Shown here piece by piece: positions 1 through 11,990 of a stretch of DNA of 32,346 nucleotides; within the stretch, counting starts at the first letter, position 1; the number at the start of each line of letters is the position of its first letter. The DNA is from Octopus bimaculoides. Its lineage: Eukaryota. The stretch is taken from the NCBI RefSeq assembly GCF_001194135.2, contig NC_069002.1:2898492-2930837 (forward strand). The letters run 5' to 3'. A model generated the notes under the pieces. That model had not been told where the DNA came from and searched no databases. It worked only from the letters and a program-made list of their open reading frames with translations. Made by a program: the position numbers and the translations under genes.

Positions 1-560
1 GTGAACATCACCATAACCACCAACAGCAACATCAACATCAACATCAAATCCCACCACTACCACGGACATCGCGACTACCACTAACACAACTACTAACGTC
101 ACCAGCATTACGGCCACCGCCATCACCATCCCCATCATCACCATCCCCATCATCACCATCCCCATCATCACCATCAACGCTATCAGAAGCACTAACACCA
201 ATACCACCGTCACCATTATTAGTGTCAACACCACTAACGCCACCAACACGAACAACTACAACCACAGCAACAACCACTATCTCCTTAGCAACCAACGCCA
301 CCACACTCGACACAAAATAACAACACCAGCATATCAACCACCACCACCACCACCACCACCAATACCATCATCACCAACACCACGAATAGCCACACCATCA
401 TATCGACCACCACCACCACCAACACCACAAATAGCCACACCATCATAACAACCACCACCACCGCCGCAATACACCAAACACCACTCCAACATACTAACAC
501 CACCAACAACAACAACAACTAAAACAACAACAACTACAACAACACCATCAACAACAACAG
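1..560. repeat. Compound CAC/CAA/CAT low-complexity tract, including a 15-bp unit (catcaccatccccat) x3.7 at 121-175
   Basis: Read directly from the sequence. The overlapping ORFs are V/D/G homopolymer-like translations. Confidence 0.9.
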
Positions 561-591
561 TTTAACAGGAGCCAACGGTGGAATCTCTTAC

Positions 592-694
592 CTGCTCGCT
601 CGACCTATTAAAAATAGTAGCCAAACTACCTTCGAAACCACCTACTATCTTTGCCACGTTGGATAATATAGTCATAGCAACGCAACACTTAGAT
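592..694 (-). CDS. Candidate internal coding exon, 103 bp, (R)SKCCVAMTILSNVAKIVGGFEGSLATIFNRSSEQ; gene unknown
   Basis: Minus strand has a T-rich pyrimidine tract of about 60 nt ending ttcag| at 695 and a CAG|gtaaga donor at 591. Only one of three frames is open. No homolog recognised. Confidence 0.55.
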
Positions 695-951
695 CTGAAT
701 AGTAAAACAAGAATAAAGGACAAAAGGCAAAAATAGAAAAATAAAATAAACAAAATCAATTGGGATGGTCACGACTGGAAGGCTTTCTCATCATAGTGTA
801 ATGTCTGATCGACCAACGCTGATTTGGGAAATAAAACAACAACAAACCAACAACAACTTCAAACTGATTAATAAAGCCCGCTGCTATACAAGTTATTTTA
901 CCAAATGCAGCTGTTGATAATTTTGGTTGTTGTTATTAGTATGGATGTAAC

Positions 952-986
<35 letters not shown>

Positions 987-1078
987 GCACTGATAAGTTG
1001 TGACGGCGTTGGCATTGCAAGCAGTAGCAGCAGCAGCAGCCGCAGTAGTAGTAGTGGTGGTAGTCGTGGTGATGGTCA

Positions 1079-1152
<74 letters not shown>
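952..1152. repeat. (TAC)n / (GCA)n / (GTA)n microsatellite cluster
   Basis: Read directly from the sequence. Confidence 0.95.
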
Positions 1153-1154
<2 letters not shown>

Positions 1155-1224
1155 TAAACATTCCTGGGAGGAGACGCGTTACCGTCATCATATTTTCTAT
1201 ACTCCATCACACACGCAAACGCAC

Positions 1225-1473
1225 TCAGATCTCTCTCTCTATATATATAAACACATATGTACATAAATATATATATATACATATATATATACACACATGC
1301 ATATACGGAGATACAGATGCATACGCAATGAAACTTACGCATGCATACACGCCTAGATAAACGTACATAGATATACACACATATTCAAGCTCGCACGTAC
1401 ATACTTTCATTCATTCAAATTTCCATACATACATACATACATACATACATACATACATACGTACGTACGTACA

Positions 1474-1505
<32 letters not shown>

Positions 1506-1531
1506 CATTCTATACACCATTTCCAAAGAAG

Positions 1532-1562
<31 letters not shown>

Positions 1563-2505
1563 GCAAACATGGAAGTTAATATACAGACGCATGTAAGACG
1601 CACACGTACTCACAGATGCACACGCTCGTAGCGGCACACATAGCCTCTTTAACACTCATCAACAAAGCATGTATATATGGACCTAAATACGTGCACACTC
1701 TGACACGAATGCATACACAAGTATAAACATACATAAACACGACAGGCAGATGCGTCCCTAAGCACACATGCATATATAGACATATATACACACATGCATG
1801 TTCGCACTACCACATAAACAAGCATACGCGTATATACATATATACGCATATATATACATAGTTATACACGGACAAGGATTTATACACATGCATACACATA
1901 TTGACATATATTCGCACATGTATAGCTAGAGACACACATATACGCATATACGCGTATACACGCACGCATAGACACGTATGCACGTGCACAGTTACGCACA
2001 GGGATGCACAAGCGTATGCGCTCTCGTATACATCAACTTATATATAGATACAAGTGTTTATACACATATGTATACGCATGCACAGGTGTACAGTGACACT
2101 ATCGCGGACATACGTTCAGAATGACACCACCAGGCATACACATACGGGCGTAGATACATACACATCAATATATACGTTTATCTTTCGTATCACACCCGAT
2201 ATCAAAATACAACCGTATTCATCATTATAAATACATATATATATATATATTATACACATACATATATACATATATATTTATACATCCATACATGCATATA
2301 ATAACATTACCACAACGTAATCTATGTTGTGACACCAACACGGACCGACTCTTTAGAACGAGCACCCGCGCAATACTTGCGTATATACCAGAACATAAAA
2401 TATATACACACAATAAACATGAATATATATACATATACTTCTGAAGACATTCCCTTTTAAAAACTACTATCTCTCTCTCTGTCTCCTTATCCATCTGTCT
2501 TACTA

Positions 2506-2557
<52 letters not shown>

Positions 2558-2814
2558 GCTCTCTTATTTTCTTCACATATACCGATGTATACAAGCATGC
2601 CGTCACACGATATACCGAAACACCGGTAAGATTGCGCGCGCACGCGCATACATACTCATACGAACACACACATACATCTACAGTTAAATAGATATATACA
2701 CATTTCTATACAGATAACAGATATAGGGACAAATATACCTGCATAGATGTGCATATAAATAAAATTATACATACGATCGCATATACATATACATATATAT
2801 ATAATATACATATA
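1225..2814. repeat. Decayed (TA)/(CA)/(CATA)/(CT) microsatellite field
   Basis: Read directly. The YI/CV/MY-rich ORFs are its translations. Confidence 0.9.
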
Positions 2815-3128
2815 NNNNNNNNNNNNNNNNNNNNNNNNNNNNNNNNNNNNNNNNNNNNNNNNNNNNNNNNNNNNNNNNNNNNNNNNNNNNNNNNNNNNNN
2901 NNNNNNNNNNNNNNNNNNNNNNNNNNNNNNNNNNNNNNNNNNNNNNNNNNNNNNNNNNNNNNNNNNNNNNNNNNNNNNNNNNNNNNNNNNNNNNNNNNNN
3001 NNNNNNNNNNNNNNNNNNNNNNNNNNNNNNNNNNNNNNNNNNNNNNNNNNNNNNNNNNNNNNNNNNNNNNNNNNNNNNNNNNNNNNNNNNNNNNNNNNNN
3101 NNNNNNNNNNNNNNNNNNNNNNNNNNNN

Positions 3129-3191
<63 letters not shown>

Positions 3192-4760
3192 GGTATGTAT
3201 GTATGTGTGTATGTATGTATATAGACATACACATATATATATACATATATGTACGTTCGTTCAAAAACTTATAACCTATATATTTGTTTTGAAGCACGTG
3301 TGTTGGTATACATATATATATTCATACAGGAACACACATTTATCTTTCTATTTATCGATGTAGCTATATTGCATAAATAGATAATTACAAGCACAGACAC
3401 ACACACACACACACACACACGTATACATATAGAACGAAAGATTGACGCACGCGCGCTGACACACATACATACATACACACACAGACACACGCACACAGAC
3501 ATGAAGACGTACACACATGCGCTCTTACACATTGCTGTGCCGTTCGCTTAGTACAGACAACGGCGACACACGCAAACGCAGACACACAAGCACAGACACA
3601 CACACACACACATGCACAAACACACAAACGAAACATTCACGCAAAACACACACGTAAACAAACGCGTACACCAACAGCCGCACCCTCCCACACACACCTG
3701 CACATTCATACACACACAAGTACAGAACAGTGACACACTCACACACGCTGCCACGCAAACAGGCACGCGTGACACACACCACACTACACAACACCGCATA
3801 ACATACCACAACATCAAGTCAAAAACATCGTTCACCTTGCAACAAAATCTATCACACACAAACACACACACAAACACAAACGCACACACATACAGATGCA
3901 CATACATTGNNNNNNNNNNNNNNNNNNNNNNNNNNNNNNNNNNNNNNNNNNNNNNNNNNNNNNNNNNNNNNNNNNNNNNNNNNNNNNNNNNNNNNNNNNN
4001 NNNNNNNNNNNNNNNNNNNNNNNNNNNNNNNNNNNNNNNNNNNNNNNNNNNNNNNNNNNNNNNNNNNNNNNNNNNNNNNNNNNNNNNNNNNNNNNNNNNN
4101 NNNNNNNNNNNNNNNNNNNNNNNNNNNNNNNNNNNNNNNNNNNNNNNNNNNNNNNNNNNNNNNNNNNNNNNNNNNNNNNNNNNNNNNNNNNNNNNNNNNN
4201 NNNNNNNNNNNNNNNNNNNNNNNNNNNNNNNNNNNNNNNNNNNNNNNNNNNNNNNNNNNNNNNNNNNNNNNNNNNNNNNNNNNNNNNNNNNNNNNNNNNN
4301 NNNNNNNNNNNNNNNNNNNNNNNNNNNNNNNNNNNNNNNNNNNNNNNNNNNNNNNNNNNNNNNNNNNNNNNNNNNNNNNNNNNNNNNNNNNNNNNNNNNN
4401 NNNNNNNNNNNNNNNNNNNNNNNNNNNNNNNNNNNNNNNNNNNNNNNNNNNNNNNNNNNNNNNNNNNNNNNNNNNNNNNNNNNNNNNNNNNNNNNNNNNN
4501 NNNNNNNNNNNNNNNNNNNNNNNNNNNNNNNNNNNNNNNNNNNNNNNNNNNNNNNNNNNNNNNNNNNNNNNNNNNNNNNNNNNNNNNNNNNNNNNNNNNN
4601 NNNNNNNNNNNNNNNNNNNNNNNNNNNNNNNNNNNNNNNNNNNNNNNNNNNNNNNNNNNNNNNNNNNNNNNNNNNNNNNNNNNNNNNNNNNNNNNNNNNN
4701 NNNNNNNNNNNNNNNNNNNNNNNNNNNNNNNNNNNNNNNNNNNNNNNNNNNNNNNNNNNN

Positions 4761-4791
<31 letters not shown>

Positions 4792-5369
4792 TATTGCACA
4801 GGCTGTGTATTGCATCCTTAGTTAGAATGTGATAATACACTGTGCTTCTGTGGTGAAAATATGAAGTAAGTGAATTATGAGCTGGGAGTACCAATATGTT
4901 TAGAGAGCTATGTATATCTATCGTAGTTCTCTTAATAAATATGTCGCTTGCTGTCAACGTGAGTACAACTATTCCTCTATTATTATTATTATTAGTAGTA
5001 GTAGTAGTAGTAGTGGTAATATTAGTATTGCTAGAATTAGTCGTAGTGGTGGTTATGTTGTTAGTGTTGTTGATACCATTATTATTAATAGTCGTAATAT
5101 TTATTGTGTTAGTATTTTAATGAGACGATTTTCTGAATCTTACTTACTGCTTGTATGATCTTTGAGACTTTTTTCTCCTTTATTTTTCATATTGAGGTAT
5201 TATATTAAAAAAAAGTGAACATGGATAGTTGTATACATACATACATACATACATACATANNNNNNNNNNNNNNNNNNNNNNNNNNNNNNNNNNNNNNNNN
5301 NNNNNNNNNNNNNNNNNNNNNNNNNNNNNNNNNNNNNNNNNNNNNNNNNNNNNNNNNNNATGTGTGTGA

Positions 5370-5411
<42 letters not shown>

Positions 5412-5513
5412 GTGTTGTGTGAGTTTTTGTGTGCCTTTGCAGGTGTGCGAATGTATGTAGACATACATGTATGTTACCTGTGTTGGCATAGTATACATAG
5501 AGTTTACTATATA

Positions 5514-5552
<39 letters not shown>

Positions 5553-5940
5553 NNNNNNNNNNNNNNNNNNNNNNNNNNNNNNNNNNNNNNNNNNNNNNNN
5601 NNNNNNNNNNNNNNNNNNNNNNNNNNNNNNNNNNNNNNNNNNNNNNNNNNNNNNNNNNNNNNNNNNNNNNNNNNNNNNNNNNNNNNNNNNNNNNNNNNNN
5701 NNNNNNNNNNNNNNNNNNNNNNNNNNNNNNNNNNNNNNNNNNNNNNNNNNNNNNNNNNNNNNNNNNNNNNNNNNNNNNNNNNNNNNNNNNNNNNNNNNNN
5801 NNNNNNNNNNNNNNNNNNNNNNNNNNNNNNNNNNNNNNNNNNNNNNNNNNNNNNNNNNNNNNNNNNNNNNNNNNNNNNNNNNNNNNNNNNNNNNNNNNNC
5901 CCCCACGTCACACTTGTTTCTTCTTGTTCTCGTTAGTATG

Positions 5941-5989
5941 GTCATTTGCCATTTGTCATTAGTCATTTGCCATTCGTCACTTGTCATTC
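5941..5989. repeat. Heptamer tandem repeat (gtcattt/gccattt) x7
   Basis: Units: gtcattt gccattt gtcatta gtcattt gccattc gtcactt gtcattc. Confidence 0.85.
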
Positions 5990-6453
5990 TAGTAGTAGTA
6001 GTAGTAGTCCTTTGTTTGTGTTGTATTCGTTGTCATTTCTCAGGGTTCATCATTGTTGTTGTTGTTGTTGTTCTTTGTTCTTGTTCCTGTTCTTGTCGTC
6101 ATCTGATCCTCAGGAATTGTTGTTGTTGTTGTTGTTGTTGTTGCTGTTGTTGTTGTTGTTGATCTTGTCGTTGGCGTCGTTAACATTTTTTTCTGGCATT
6201 CATAAAAATTAAAATAAAGCTTATGCTGAACGTAGTGATGATGATGGGGGGGGGATATTGGTGGTGGTGGTGGTGGTGATTGTGATGCTGCTGATGGTCA
6301 TCATCATGGTCATGATGATGATAATGATGATGATGATAATGATGATGATGGTGGTGCTGGTGATAATGACGATGATGATGATGAGGAGGAGGAGGAGGAG
6401 GAGGAGGAGGAGGGAGAGAAAGGAAAGAAACACAATGAAGATCATTATCAGCC

Positions 6454-6492
<39 letters not shown>

Positions 6493-6500
6493 CCACCATC

Positions 6501-6532
<32 letters not shown>

Positions 6533-6594
6533 CCAAACATTATCATCATGGATCATAACTTTAGTAATGATAACTGTGATTATGAATATTCCGA

Positions 6595-6635
<41 letters not shown>

Positions 6636-6648
6636 ATTATTATTATAT
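5990..6648. repeat. Compound trinucleotide field (AGT, GTT, GAT, GAG, CAT, ATT)
   Basis: Read directly from the sequence. Confidence 0.9.
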
Positions 6649-6651
6649 AAA

Positions 6652-6913
6652 GCGGTGGACTGGCAGAATGGTTAACACGCCGGGCGAAATGCTTAGCGCT
6701 ATTTCATCTGTGTCTACGTTCTGAGTTCAAGTACCACCATGGTCGACTTTGCTTTACATCCTTCCGGGGTCGATCAAAAATCCGCCGGGGTTCATTTTGC
6801 CTTTTATCCTTTTGGGGTTGATAAATCAAGTATCAGAGGAGCACTGGGGCCGATGTAATCGACTCATCCCCTCCCCCAAAATTTCTGCCGTTGCGGCAAA
6901 ATTCGAAACCATT
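6652..6913 (+). mobile_element. tRNA-type SINE, family A, with internally duplicated central segment
   Basis: Head gcggtggactggcagaatgg (A-box-like TGGCAGAATGG), B-box-like gagttcaagta, and 3' end ttcgaaacc followed by (ATT)n. Homologous to the copies at 7878, 13576, 15653 and 16672. Confidence 0.85.
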
Positions 6914-7639
6914 ATTATTATTAGTAGTAGTAGTAGTAGTAACATCATCATCATCATTATCATCATCCCGATAACTATTATCATAGTAATCTTGATGACA
7001 GTAATGATTAAACTGGTAATCGGTCTAACATCGCCATCCAGCACCTTGGTTGCTCTTAGCGTAACCCATTTTGCTAAAAACTTTCGGGCCCCGTACACTG
7101 GTCTGAAGATATTCTTCCTGCTCTCTTTCCACCAGAGTCGGAGCGTCCTAAGTATGTTATTGGCATGACCCTTTCCTCCTGATGACGATGGTGATGATAT
7201 ATATATATATACACACACATTTATATAAGTATATATGCCTGTATATACACATGCGATTAAAATTACATTGCTCAAACTCTAACCTCAACAATAGCAACAG
7301 AAACAGCTACAACAGCTACAGTGATATCTCACCGGACAGCCCTATGAACATTCCACAACGTATTTCTGGCTCCTCTGGGGCCTTCTAAATACATCCGCCC
7401 TTCACACACACACACACACACGCACGCACACACACACACACACGCACGCACACACACACAAGCACACAAGCGTTATGTAATATATTTTGCAAGTGACTGT
7501 TGTATGTGTGAATAAGATCAACTTTGTCGTTCATACTGTTTTGGGGGGCGGATGGAGGTCGGATCGATAAATTCAAACGTCAGTAAAATATATTGAGGTC
7601 GTTTTGGAATCGACTGAAGCCCTACACCTTCAATTTCTT

Positions 7640-7805
7640 CCGGCTTTTAACGTTCTGAGCTCAAATATCGTCGTGGTCAATTGACCCTTTCATCCTTTTG
7701 CCATCGATAAAATAAGCACAAGTTGAGCATCGTTGACAACCAGATCAACTAACTTCTTCGCCCTAAAATTACTGATCTTGTATCCACATTAGAACAAATT
7801 ATCAT
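7640..7805 (+). mobile_element. Degenerate 5'-truncated family A SINE
   Basis: ttctgagctcaaat...ctttcatccttttgccatcgataaaataag... aligns by eye to the family A centre and is followed by (ATT)n. Confidence 0.65.
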
Positions 7806-7812
7806 CATTATG

Positions 7813-7860
<48 letters not shown>

Positions 7861-7877
7861 GTTATTATTATTATGAA

Positions 7878-8092
7878 GGCGGCGAGCTGACAGAATCATT
7901 AGCACGTGGAGCAGAATGCTTGGCGGTATTTCGTCTGCCGCTACGTTGTGAGTTCAAATTACACTGAGACTTTGCCTTTCATTCTTTCGGGGACGATAAA
8001 TTAAGTACCAGTGAAACACTGGGGGTTAATGTAATCGACAAGTTTCCTTCCCCAATATTTCAGGCCTTGAACCTATAGTAAAAAGGATTACT
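7878..8092 (+). mobile_element. tRNA-type SINE, family A, full length
   Basis: ggcggcgagctgacagaatc head, gagttcaaatt B-box, ctttcattctttcggggacgataaattaagtacc centre, and gtaaaaaggatt end. Flanked by (ATT)n on both sides. Confidence 0.9.
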
Positions 8093-8112
8093 ATTATTAT
8101 TATTATTATTAT

Positions 8113-8166
<54 letters not shown>

Positions 8167-8820
8167 CAGTAGTAGTAGTATCATCATCATCACTGCCATT
8201 ATCTCTTTCTCATTCTCCATCTCTTCCTTTTCTTCATGCTTTATGTTTTTCCTTCTCCTATTCATCATATGNNNNNNNNNNNNNNNNNNNNNNNNNNNNN
8301 NNNNNNNNNNNNNNNNNNNNNNNNNNNNNNNNNNNNNNNNNNNNNNNNNNNNNNNNNNNNNNNNNNNNNNNNNNNNNNNNNNNNNNNNNNNNNNNNNNNN
8401 NNNNNNNNNNNNNNNNNNNNNNNNNNNNNNNNNNNNNNNNNNNNNNNNNNNNNNNNNNNNNNNNNNNNNNNNNNNNNNNNNNNNNNNNNNNNNNNNNNNN
8501 NNNNNNNNNNNNNNNNNNNNNNNNNNNNNNNNNNNNNNNNNNNNNNNNNNNNNNNNNNNNNNNNNNNNNNNNNNNNNNNNNNNNNNNNNNNNNNNNNNNN
8601 NNNNNNNNNNNNNNNNNNNNNNNNNNNNNNNNNNNNNNNNNNNNNNNNNNNNNNNNNNNNNNNNNNNNNNNNNNNNNNNNNNNNNNNNNNNNNNNNNNNN
8701 NNNNNNNNNNNNNNNNNNNNNNNNNNNNNNNNNNNNNNNNNNNNNNNNNNNNNNNNNNNNNNNNNNNNNNNNNNNNNNNNNNNNNNNNNNNNNNNNNTGT
8801 GTGTGTGTGTGTGTGTGTGT

Positions 8821-9157
8821 AGTGAGTTCGATTCCAGGACCGGGCTGTGTGTTGTGTTCTTGAGCAAGACACTGTATTTCACTTTGCTCCAGCTGTAAAA
8901 ATGAGATGCGATGTCACTGGTGCCAAGCTGTATCGGTCCCGTTGCCTTTCCCTTGGATAACAACTGGTGATGGTTTGTTTGCATCCTCATTAGAAGAGCG
9001 ATTCAGCAAAGGGTGACGTTTTGAATAAGTACCAGGCATTAAAAAGAAAAAGAGAGGGATAATTAATTAGAGGGTCGGTTTTTTCGACTAAACACTAGGA
9101 GCAGCGCGCATCAGCATGGCCGTCACCCAATGAGTGAAACCAGTAAAAAATAAAATA
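8821..9157 (+). mobile_element. Degenerate CORE-like SINE (head lost in gap) ending in the family B 3' segment
   Basis: B-box gttcgattcc and CORE-like gttcttgagcaagacactgtatttcac. The 3' part aataagtacc...tcgactaa...cagcatggcc...gaaaccagtaaaa matches 20070-20183. Confidence 0.7.
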
Positions 9158-10389
9158 TTTCAATAAATAAATAAATAAGTAAATAAATAAATAAATAGGC
9201 TAATCGATTTACTGAATTCCAAAGATCCATAAAGCCGGTGTATTTCTCCGATTAGTGTTAAACTGATGAGAGATAAAATGTCCTCCCAGCCCCGTTCCTC
9301 TCGCTGGGATGGTTAATCTGGTTTTCCGTTGATGTTGATAACTTTGTTCGCATCTACACTCTGTTCGTTAGCATTTTCATTTAGACTCTTGGAATGGTAC
9401 AGGCTTGGCTGCATGTACGTACATACGTGCGTATGTACTTACGCATGTATGTGTGTATAAATGTATGTATGTATGTAATTTTCTGTTGATATGAATATAT
9501 TTTCGTTCAATTACTGTTTAATTAGGTCAGTCCGGACAGATTTAATTATCCTTGGTCGATCACGTTGCTGAAACACAACTAGATTAGAATTTACACTCAC
9601 TCAGAGTATTTATTCGAGAGTTCTTCAATCAATCTTACGATGGTGTCCTTTTTGCTGTCGAGTACACACTTGTACTCATTTCTCTTTTTATTGGTTTGTA
9701 GATATTTTCTAAGTACTACAAATAAGCACTCAACGATTGTCCTCTGTTTTTGAACTTGTACTTCTCTCATTGATATCCAAAATTCTTATTTAGCCAACGA
9801 GCTGTCTTCAACAAACTGCAAAAATATGTACAGTTACCTGACTAAATTCCATTCTGTGTTTCATTTGAGTACTGAACCTAGCTACGTACCTCTATTGGTG
9901 TTCTGAAAACGATCACAAAACAACAGGTTTCTGTTATTGCAAGAGGTTTCTGTTATTGCTGGCGTTGCAGTGTAACTATTTTTCTCATTAGAACGGACAG
10001 AGGTTTACTGCCGAGACAAAAAATTATCTTAGGCACGCTGCCACTTTGCAATATTTCGGTAAATAATCTAATTCTATTCGTAACTGTTGTAGTTCATTCT
10101 GTTTTTATTGCTAGCTATATCGAAGTCAGTCTATTAATGACTTCAACTACAGTAGCTAGAACACTGAGCGACAGAAAGAATCAAATGCCAATTTATAATC
10201 CAGCCATACTTGTTAGCAGACTTTGGATGTGCTGCTTATCTTCCTGAAGGAGAACGTTGTTCATAATGACCTGTTAAACGCAACTCCGAATCACTTTCTC
10301 TCCTCCTACTTCCTCGCGGTTGATCCCAGTCAATTGCTTTGCAGTGTTCCTCACAGAAATGTATTTAAACAATGTCTGTATAGACACGT

Positions 10390-10514
10390 CTTTCATCTCT
10401 GTGTTTTATTTGCTGTAGTCATTAAACTGCAACCATGCTGGGGCACCAACTTGAAGGGTTTTGAGCAATAACTCGCTCTCAGTACTTAAGTTTCAATCTG
10501 GTACGTATTCTATT
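10390..10514 (-). mobile_element. Family B SINE 3' fragment
   Basis: Reverse complement reads ...gtaccag...gtactgag...ccttcaagttggtgccccagcatggttgcagtttaatgact..., homologous to 20075-20183. Confidence 0.7.
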
Positions 10515-11197
10515 GGGGTTCTATTTGGGGAATAGTGATCGTTAAGTAGATTCAAAATACCCGCTTCGCAAATAACTCCAAATCATTTTGTAAATGCACT
10601 TCAAAAACTCTTTCGTGGTATAATCTTCCATCGTGCATTGTACAGCCTGTGGCTTTGGTGGAAACTTAAAGTAAACAGTCCGACATTCTTGAAATGTTAT
10701 GCAAGAAAGTTTCTGAGTTAGCGATCGGGTTTCGTGCTTAACGGCAATTAGTTTAGCTTCGAGTGATTGTCGTCGGCGCTTCCCATAGTTTTAATCATAA
10801 ATCATAGCGAGCGCTTCGTAAATTTATTATTCACTTTCTAACTAATGAATATCTTATGGTTCTCCCCTGTCAAGTGATGTTTATTCATTTATTTATTTTA
10901 ATGAGAGAAAGAGAGAGAGGTGATTCATTTTGTTGGTGTGTTATCATTTTGATCGATTGCTGTTACTTCTATCAATTGACAAATACAATAAGGAATTTAA
11001 CGTCCAAAAGAATCTAGAAGTTAAATTCTTATCTAGGTGTGTTTTAGCAACGTGATCGACCAAGCATAACATCATGACAGAGGTGGGTATTTATGTTTTT
11101 GGGGTTTTTTTTTTTAATTTGTCGACTCGTGTTGTAATCACTGAAACATTTGGGTTTCACACACCAAATTCGATTCTTTTTTTCTAAATTCCTACAG

Positions 11198-11295
11198 ATG
11201 TATTTTTCCAAGCTATTTACGAGTATCATAAACATTTATGTGAGATCTGCAATGGCGTTTACATTAGTGTATCGGAGAGAGAACAGGCTCTCTTG
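11198..11295 (+). CDS. Candidate 98-bp exon: (D)VFFQAIYEYHKHLCEICNGVYISVSEREQALL or MYFSKLFTSIINIYVRSAMAFTLVYRRENRLS
   Basis: Acceptor gattctttttttctaaattcctacag| and donor TTG|gtatgg. Two frames are open. No homolog recognised. Confidence 0.35.
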
Positions 11296-11633
11296 GTATG
11301 GTGATCTGTGACTCTTAAGAAGAATGCGGACAAATTGTTTGTTAATTTAGTGACTTATTATTAACACATTAACGCCCAGCGTATGATTTATCATAAAACT
11401 TTTTTGTTTTAGACGAAAGTATTCATATAAAATAATTTCATATATTGAGACATCAAAAACCTTTCTGGAGATAAAGAATAATAATTTATCTAGCAATATT
11501 ATAATATTGACAAAATTTTGTTGTGAACTTCTAAAATACATAAAGTATACAACGTATGTGAATGCAACAAAATAAATTCAAAGATTTTTATACAAAGAGC
11601 AGAAATTACCATCACTCTATCTTCGAGGTGAAT

Positions 11634-11861
11634 TTAACCTTTTGGTTTTCGGATTTGTCTGTCAAATGTTATGCTTATTTAGTTACAATTCTTAAAGTTA
11701 CTCATACATGATCTCATTGCTTTCAGATTTCAGTGATGAGACATTTTATTTTTAAAATGGAATTGTATGGTCAGTATGAGGGGCAAGATCTTGCCAGATT
11801 GAACATATAACAGGTAGAGAATTTTGGCTGGATATGGCGGGTTTAAACGTTAAACAGTTAA
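11634..11861 (+). mobile_element. Non-autonomous DNA element (MITE-like) bounded by TTAA at both ends, piggyBac-type target
   Basis: TTAA at 11634-11637 and 11858-11861 with degenerate inverted termini (ccttttggttt / aaacgttaaacag). The 3' half is homologous to 18134-18264. Confidence 0.65.
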
Positions 11862-11895
11862 GCCGCTCACATCTGTCATGCATTTCTATGTTACA

Positions 11896-11990
11896 TACTG
11901 AGGGCGATTTGTTCGACAAACGCTTCAAAGCGGTGGCCCCAGCATGACCGCAGCCTAGTGACTGAAGCGAGTAACAGATAAAAGATAAAA
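11896..11990 (+). mobile_element. Family B SINE 3' fragment
   Basis: gggcgatttgttcgac...gcggtggccccagcatgaccgcag...gactgaagcgagtaacagataaaag matches 20105-20183. Confidence 0.75.

Noticed and set aside
1-560. Long P/S/T/H-rich open frames on the plus strand
   Set aside because: The CA-rich strand rarely forms stop codons, and there is no splice or start context.
6652-6735. tRNA gene calls for SINE heads
   Set aside because: A/B-box-like motifs are present, but the spacing is long, there is no clean cloverleaf, and they continue into SINE bodies.
9836-9905. Minus-strand segment with good acceptor and donor
   Set aside because: There are stops in all frames and no further support; at best a non-coding exon.
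10205-10265. LLADFGCAAYLPEGERCS resembling a kinase DFG motif
   Set aside because: It is followed immediately by stops and no other kinase motifs (HRD, APE) are in register.
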